Below, one piece after another: positions 59,079 through 64,000 of a DNA stretch of 64,000 nucleotides. Within the stretch, counting starts at the first letter, position 1. Every line of letters starts with the position of its first letter. The notes beneath the pieces were generated by a model. That model worked only from the letters and a program-made list of their open reading frames with translations, did no database searches and was not told the DNA's origin. The translations under genes were made by a program, and so were the position numbers. Origin of the DNA: Klebsormidium nitens (taxonomy: Eukaryota > Plantae > Klebsormidiophyceae); NCBI GenBank assembly GCA_000708835.1, contig DF236968.1, positions 1 through 64,000 of the forward strand, read 5' to 3'.

Positions 59079-62000
59079 ATGAGGGGGTTTGTCCTCAAGA
59101 CCCCTGGGAAGAGGGCGGCAACTCCTGGTCGCACAAGGGGGGCGAAGGCGCCAGTGGCGGAGTACGATTGTCCTCCCACCCCTCGGCAAGCAAGGGATGC
59201 TGCCGCAGAACAGGAGTTTGCGCAGAGGGGGGTCAGAACCGTGCTGGCAATCAAGCCCCTAGAGGCAGAAAGTGGTGTCACAAGAGCAGAGTGAGTGGCA
59301 GGACAGGCGGTTGCACCGCTGATGGTGCTTGGATACAATTTGTCTGTGTGTGGATGGTAAATCTGACCCTCAAGTTGTTCCTCACATATTTCCGCTGAGG
59401 ATGAGGGAATCGTCTGCAGATCCTGACAAACTTCAAAGATACACTTTCCCTTCATCAGAGCCAAATGAATGAAGATTGCTTGAAAGCTTGCATTTGAATT
59501 CGTGAATTTCTGGTCCATCTCTTGGATTCTAGTAACGGGTTGAAATTGTGGAGATGACAGTTCAAGCATATGAGAACAAGAATCGTTGAAACACAAGAGC
59601 AAAGAAGGTGAAGGACAGCAAAGTCGATTCTAAGTTCCCGAAGGCCTTTCTACTGAGCTTTGGAGAGTATTTGTTCCCTTTTTTGCCATTCATTCCTTGC
59701 TTTCAACCCCTTGTCTGCCCCTTTCTCCATTTCTTCCTGTTTCTCCTCCACTATTATCCTATGGTCCTATGGCAGAACGGCTATAGCAGTCTCTTCTCTG
59801 TTCGAGAACCCGCTCAGAACGGTATTTCGATACATAGAGCTCACCTACATGACTCAACATTTTAGTAAGAAGCACCCCTTTCTCTGGATTCCCTACCTTG
59901 GGTACAGTCCTGGCCCATCCAGTCCGGCTATCACTGTCCTTACCATGCATTAGTCCTTCCGTTCTTCGTTCATTGAAAGAAAGAGGTCTTTCCTCACAGT
60001 CCGCAAATCTTTCCTGCAAAGAAAGCAGTTGGAAGTCTGCCGAGAGAGGGGGCTCTGTAAGACTTTGAATCATGCCACAACGAAAGCAGCCTCAAACCTG
60101 AGACGACCGAACCTGAACTAGCTACGCCTGGCAAGGCAATCAGACGTCCAGAATTGTAGTTTTTCCGATGAGCAGTGCAAAGTTGACAACGGAAAAAAGG
60201 AGAGAAGACCCGCCACACCCATACCTGATACTCATCAATCTACTTTCCAAGTACCCGCAGTTCCGCATCTCAAGCGCTTACATTTCATAAAATGCCCAAA
60301 CGACAGGTACCCAATACTGACGTTCGACCCGTCCGCCCGCGCCCTGGTCACCACCGCGCCCCCTGAGGCAGTGCCCGGTGATATTACCCCCGAGCACTCC
60401 TTCGACTCGAGGTACTTTGACCACGTATACCAGGGGCCAACCCTTCGGGTGGACCTCAAAAAGGAGCTTCAACCATTTGTGGACTGTGTGGTGGGGGGCA
60501 GGAGCGCGGCGGTTGTTGCTTACGGTGAGGATTATAAGAGTTGGATGTATTTTCGAGAAAGAGATGCAAGCTTCTGACGAAAGGGGGCGTTAAGTGTACG
60601 GAAGTCGTTGGAACCGGAAGTGAGTGTTATTCAGATAGCATGCTTGGATGATTTGTAGCAATCGATCACAGGCAACGAAGGATCCTCTGATTGTTGTCTG
60701 AGTGTGCTTTCCGATGAGAGCACATTGGAGATAACTCTGACGATGTTACATCAAACCGACCGGGAAATCTAGGCTACACTCGGGGACCGATCCATTATTC
60801 TCATCGTTCTGTTTTACCAAGCGCGATAAAGGTCAGAACCACTTTAAGGATCAACCCAAAAACTCAAACCCATTGTTGGCTGGGACGCCTGCAGGTCAGA
60901 CGGGCTCCGGGAAAACGTTCCTTATGGAGGGCGAGCCATCTGCCAAGGATCGAGCAGCTTGGGGTCTTGTGCCGCACGCCATCTACAAAGTGCTGCAAGC
61001 GGTGCAGCGGAGCAGCGGCAAGGTCGGTCCTGCTCTCAAGCTGCTCGGTTTCTTGTCTCTACCAAAGCACGTTGAACTTTGGCATCTTCGAGGATCGTCG
61101 ACTAATTGTGACACGCATTGTGATGGCTTCATCAGACGCATTGCATTTACTGCTGGAAGGCATCATAGTGTTCATTATCGCTATTCTACGACCATTTTTC
61201 ATCGACCTTGGCAGACCGGATGATTTCCGATGTTTTGCCGAACCTGAACGGGTTTATCCTCGCGATATATCATGAACGGGGTATCCTTACGTTATATCCT
61301 TTCATCTTGCATGAAAAGATTTTTCAAGTTGGCAGACACGCGTCTCGCCTCCTTGTTCGGGGATTGTCCACTTGCCGCCCAGAGGCGTACGCGATACAAA
61401 GTTCAGTCCTGGCAAGCGCGGGGAATGATGATTGATTTTTGGTCCGCCCTGCAAGATTCCTTGCTCTTGCTGTCTCAACTAGAGGTTTATACGACATCAG
61501 GCTCGGTCTTTCAACAAATCCTAATACACGCGCTCAACGATTAAGGTAAAAATAATCGCTGGTCTTTCCCTCATTCTACCTCGTAAGTTTCTGGTGTGTC
61601 ACTTTTTTACTCCCAGATTTGTCCGTGCAGAAGTTCCTGGTGTCGCTGTCGTACCTGGAAGTCTACAACGAGATTGTGCGCGATTTGCTCGCGCCCGCCG
61701 CGCCCAGGAAAGGCGAGCCCGGCCCCAGCCTGCAGCTGAAGCTTAACGCAGACGGCTACTACGACGTTCCGGTGAGCTCTCAAAAGACTGGGTTTGCCCA
61801 AGTGCTTGAAGGTCTATGAGTTACGCCGTTTCTCTTGACCCCTCAGTCTTTCTGAATATGGGGAGAGCAGACTTTGCGAGACATCGTGTCGAGAGAAAGC
61901 CGAGACTCTCCGCATGAATACGCATGATATGCTTCCGCGAACAAGACCAGTTGCCTCGTTGGTACGACTTGACCATTCACGAAAATCCTCAACACCCCCG

Positions 62001-64000
62001 CTTTGCATGCAGTCCATCTCGGTCGCGTGCACTTTTGCTGTTAATCGACGATCCCTTTGCAGGACGCAACGGTCACTCCCGTCTCTGACGTCACCCAAGC
62101 CCTGGCCCTCCTGCGCACCGGCGCCGCCCGCCGTGCCTGCGGCGCGACCCACATGAATGCGCGCTCCTCGCGCTCCTTCGCTGACGTCATCCTGACGGTG
62201 GAGAGCATCGAGGGCGGCGGCGGCGTGTGCTGCGGGCGGCTGCACCTCGTGGACCTGGCGGGGAGCGAGCGGCAGGCGCAGACGGGCGCGCAGGGGGGGC
62301 GCCTGAAAGAGGTGAGGGGAGGGGGTGTTTCCTGGTCCATGAAGAAGGGTCTGTACGTGGCAGGTCTGCTATGAGAAGTGGGGTAATCACGTGCTACCGG
62401 AGATTCTGTTCCATTTTCCAGATTTCCATAAAAAGTTGGATATTTGTCGAGGCACGTTTTGCGGGGGCCGCCTCCTCAAAAGAACTGAGATACATGAATT
62501 GATCCTTTGATTACGTACACCCCTCATTTAAGTGCTCTGGTCGAGTGGCTATGCACGAGGAAGCTGGATAACCCTCAGTCGAAATTTTGGTTCGTTTACG
62601 ATTGTTGTAGTTTCGCTTCCTCCAGTTGGAACAATGGTTTATCCCTTATCAGTTTCAGTCATCTCGAGGCCTTCACAGCGCCTTAAGCAGGTGACTGGAT
62701 ACTGTGAATCCATCTCGACTTGGATGTTCTGTTCCAAACCTGGTAATCGTTGAATTCAGAAGAACACGACCGAGGCTCTCCAAATACTTTCTCGAGACGT
62801 AGTGAACATTTCGCTTTCTTGCTGCAGTCGTCGTCCATCAACCTGGCCCTGCTGGCCCTGCGCAAGGTGGTCCACGCGCGCAGCGCCGCGCAGCCGACGC
62901 TCGCGCCGTACACCGACAGCAAAGTCACTAAGATCCTCAAGGTGGGTGAGCGTCACCAGTGGTGGGTTAAGAACGGTGCTCACGAGTGAATGATAGAGGA
63001 TCCTCGGTCGAGCGAACGGTCGAGCTCCGACGAATGGATAGCCGCAACGTGTTGTTACTTGATTAGAGATCTCAGGATTGATCTGAGCTTTATCTGAAGA
63101 AGCAACATAAAATGCCGGCTGTAATGAACAACTAGAGAAATGTTGTTCAGAATATCCTCGTGGAGAAATGAGATGCAGGGCTACAAGAGACGCTTCGTTT
63201 CACAGCTTCCTCCTTGAAGCGCCCTTTGAATGGCGATTGCTTGACAGCTTACTGGATTTCTCAAGGTGATGCTCATTTTTGGAGCGACTCATCCCGTTTT
63301 TTCCCCGTAGGACGCCCTTTCCGGCGACGCCGCCCTGCTGGTGGTGTGCTGTTTGAGCGCCTCCCCGGTCAACTACCAGGACTCCCTGGGGACTCTCAAG
63401 TTCGCCGCCAGCTGCCGCAGCCTCACGGCCAAGCCCACCGTCCGGAGGGTCCGTACCGTAGACAGGTGCGTCCATTACGGACATGGACGCTCGGGCCTTG
63501 CTGAAAAGTTTTGTCCTCGACTTGTTGTCATTTTGAATCTTTCTTATTTTCTGAGGTCTTGGTTTTGGAGAGGTGCTTCTCACCGGAAGCCGGCACGGGA
63601 AGCAAGTTCTTGCGGCGTAGTTGAGGTCTGAGCAGATTCGAGAAAACTATGGCGCGAACTTGGTTCCCTGCACGAGTCCAAAAGAAAGGTGGTGATTGTG
63701 TATCTGAAACCCCCTATTCATACTCTAAAAAAGCAGATTGGCCCTTGACTGTGCAGCCGGATCACGGGGCTGTCCGTTGCGGTGGAGCGAGTCCGTGCAG
63801 CGGAACAGGCGGCGGCAGCGGAACGGATGATCCGGCTTGAGAGCAGGGCGGTCGCGCAAGAGCTGGAGCTGCAGGTGACGAGTCGCCCTCTCATATTTCG
63901 TCAGCTTTAAAGTGGGAGTCGGTGTTTGCCTGACGCCACCCGCTAGCTTCGCGAATCCAACGGTTGAATTTCTGCATGACAATCTGGTGGGACTTGACGT
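59079..64000 (+). CDS. Divergent N-terminal-motor kinesin, 3'-partial; exons about 59079-59292, 60307-60525, 60896-61023, 61630-61770, 62063-62311, 62827-62941, 63311-63464, 63757-63873
   Basis: VRTVLAIKPL; YFDHVY; VVAYG|QTGSGKTFLMEG (P-loop); SYLEVYNEIVRDLL; HMNARSSRS; LHLVDLAGSER; INLALLAL; PYTDSKVTKILKDALSG; SLGTLKFAASC; followed by coiled-coil-like sequence. Confidence 0.92.

Overview
Intron-rich, GC-rich eukaryotic nuclear DNA. Plant-type MED8 and folate transporter together with a flagellar dynein accessory gene suggest a streptophyte green alga such as Klebsormidium (inference). About 12 protein-coding genes, assembled by hand from exon translations and GT-AG boundaries: plastid folate-biopterin transporter (-), NDUFAF3 (+), D-amino acid oxidase (-), BTB protein (+), MED8 (-), TRM11 (+), a Patched-related sterol-sensing RND protein (+), a hypothetical protein (-), ZMYND12/p38 (+), an F-box/LRR gene with two frameshifts (+), NDUFS7/PSST (-) and a divergent kinesin (+, runs off the window). 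No tRNA, rRNA, CRISPR array or intact transposon was recognised. The most striking feature is 'exon-echo' arrays. In five unrelated genes, introns contain tandem, decaying copies of the adjacent exon end plus its splice site. In every case the outermost copy (first donor or last acceptor) is the one that keeps the reading frame. There is a 20-N assembly gap at 14568-14587.
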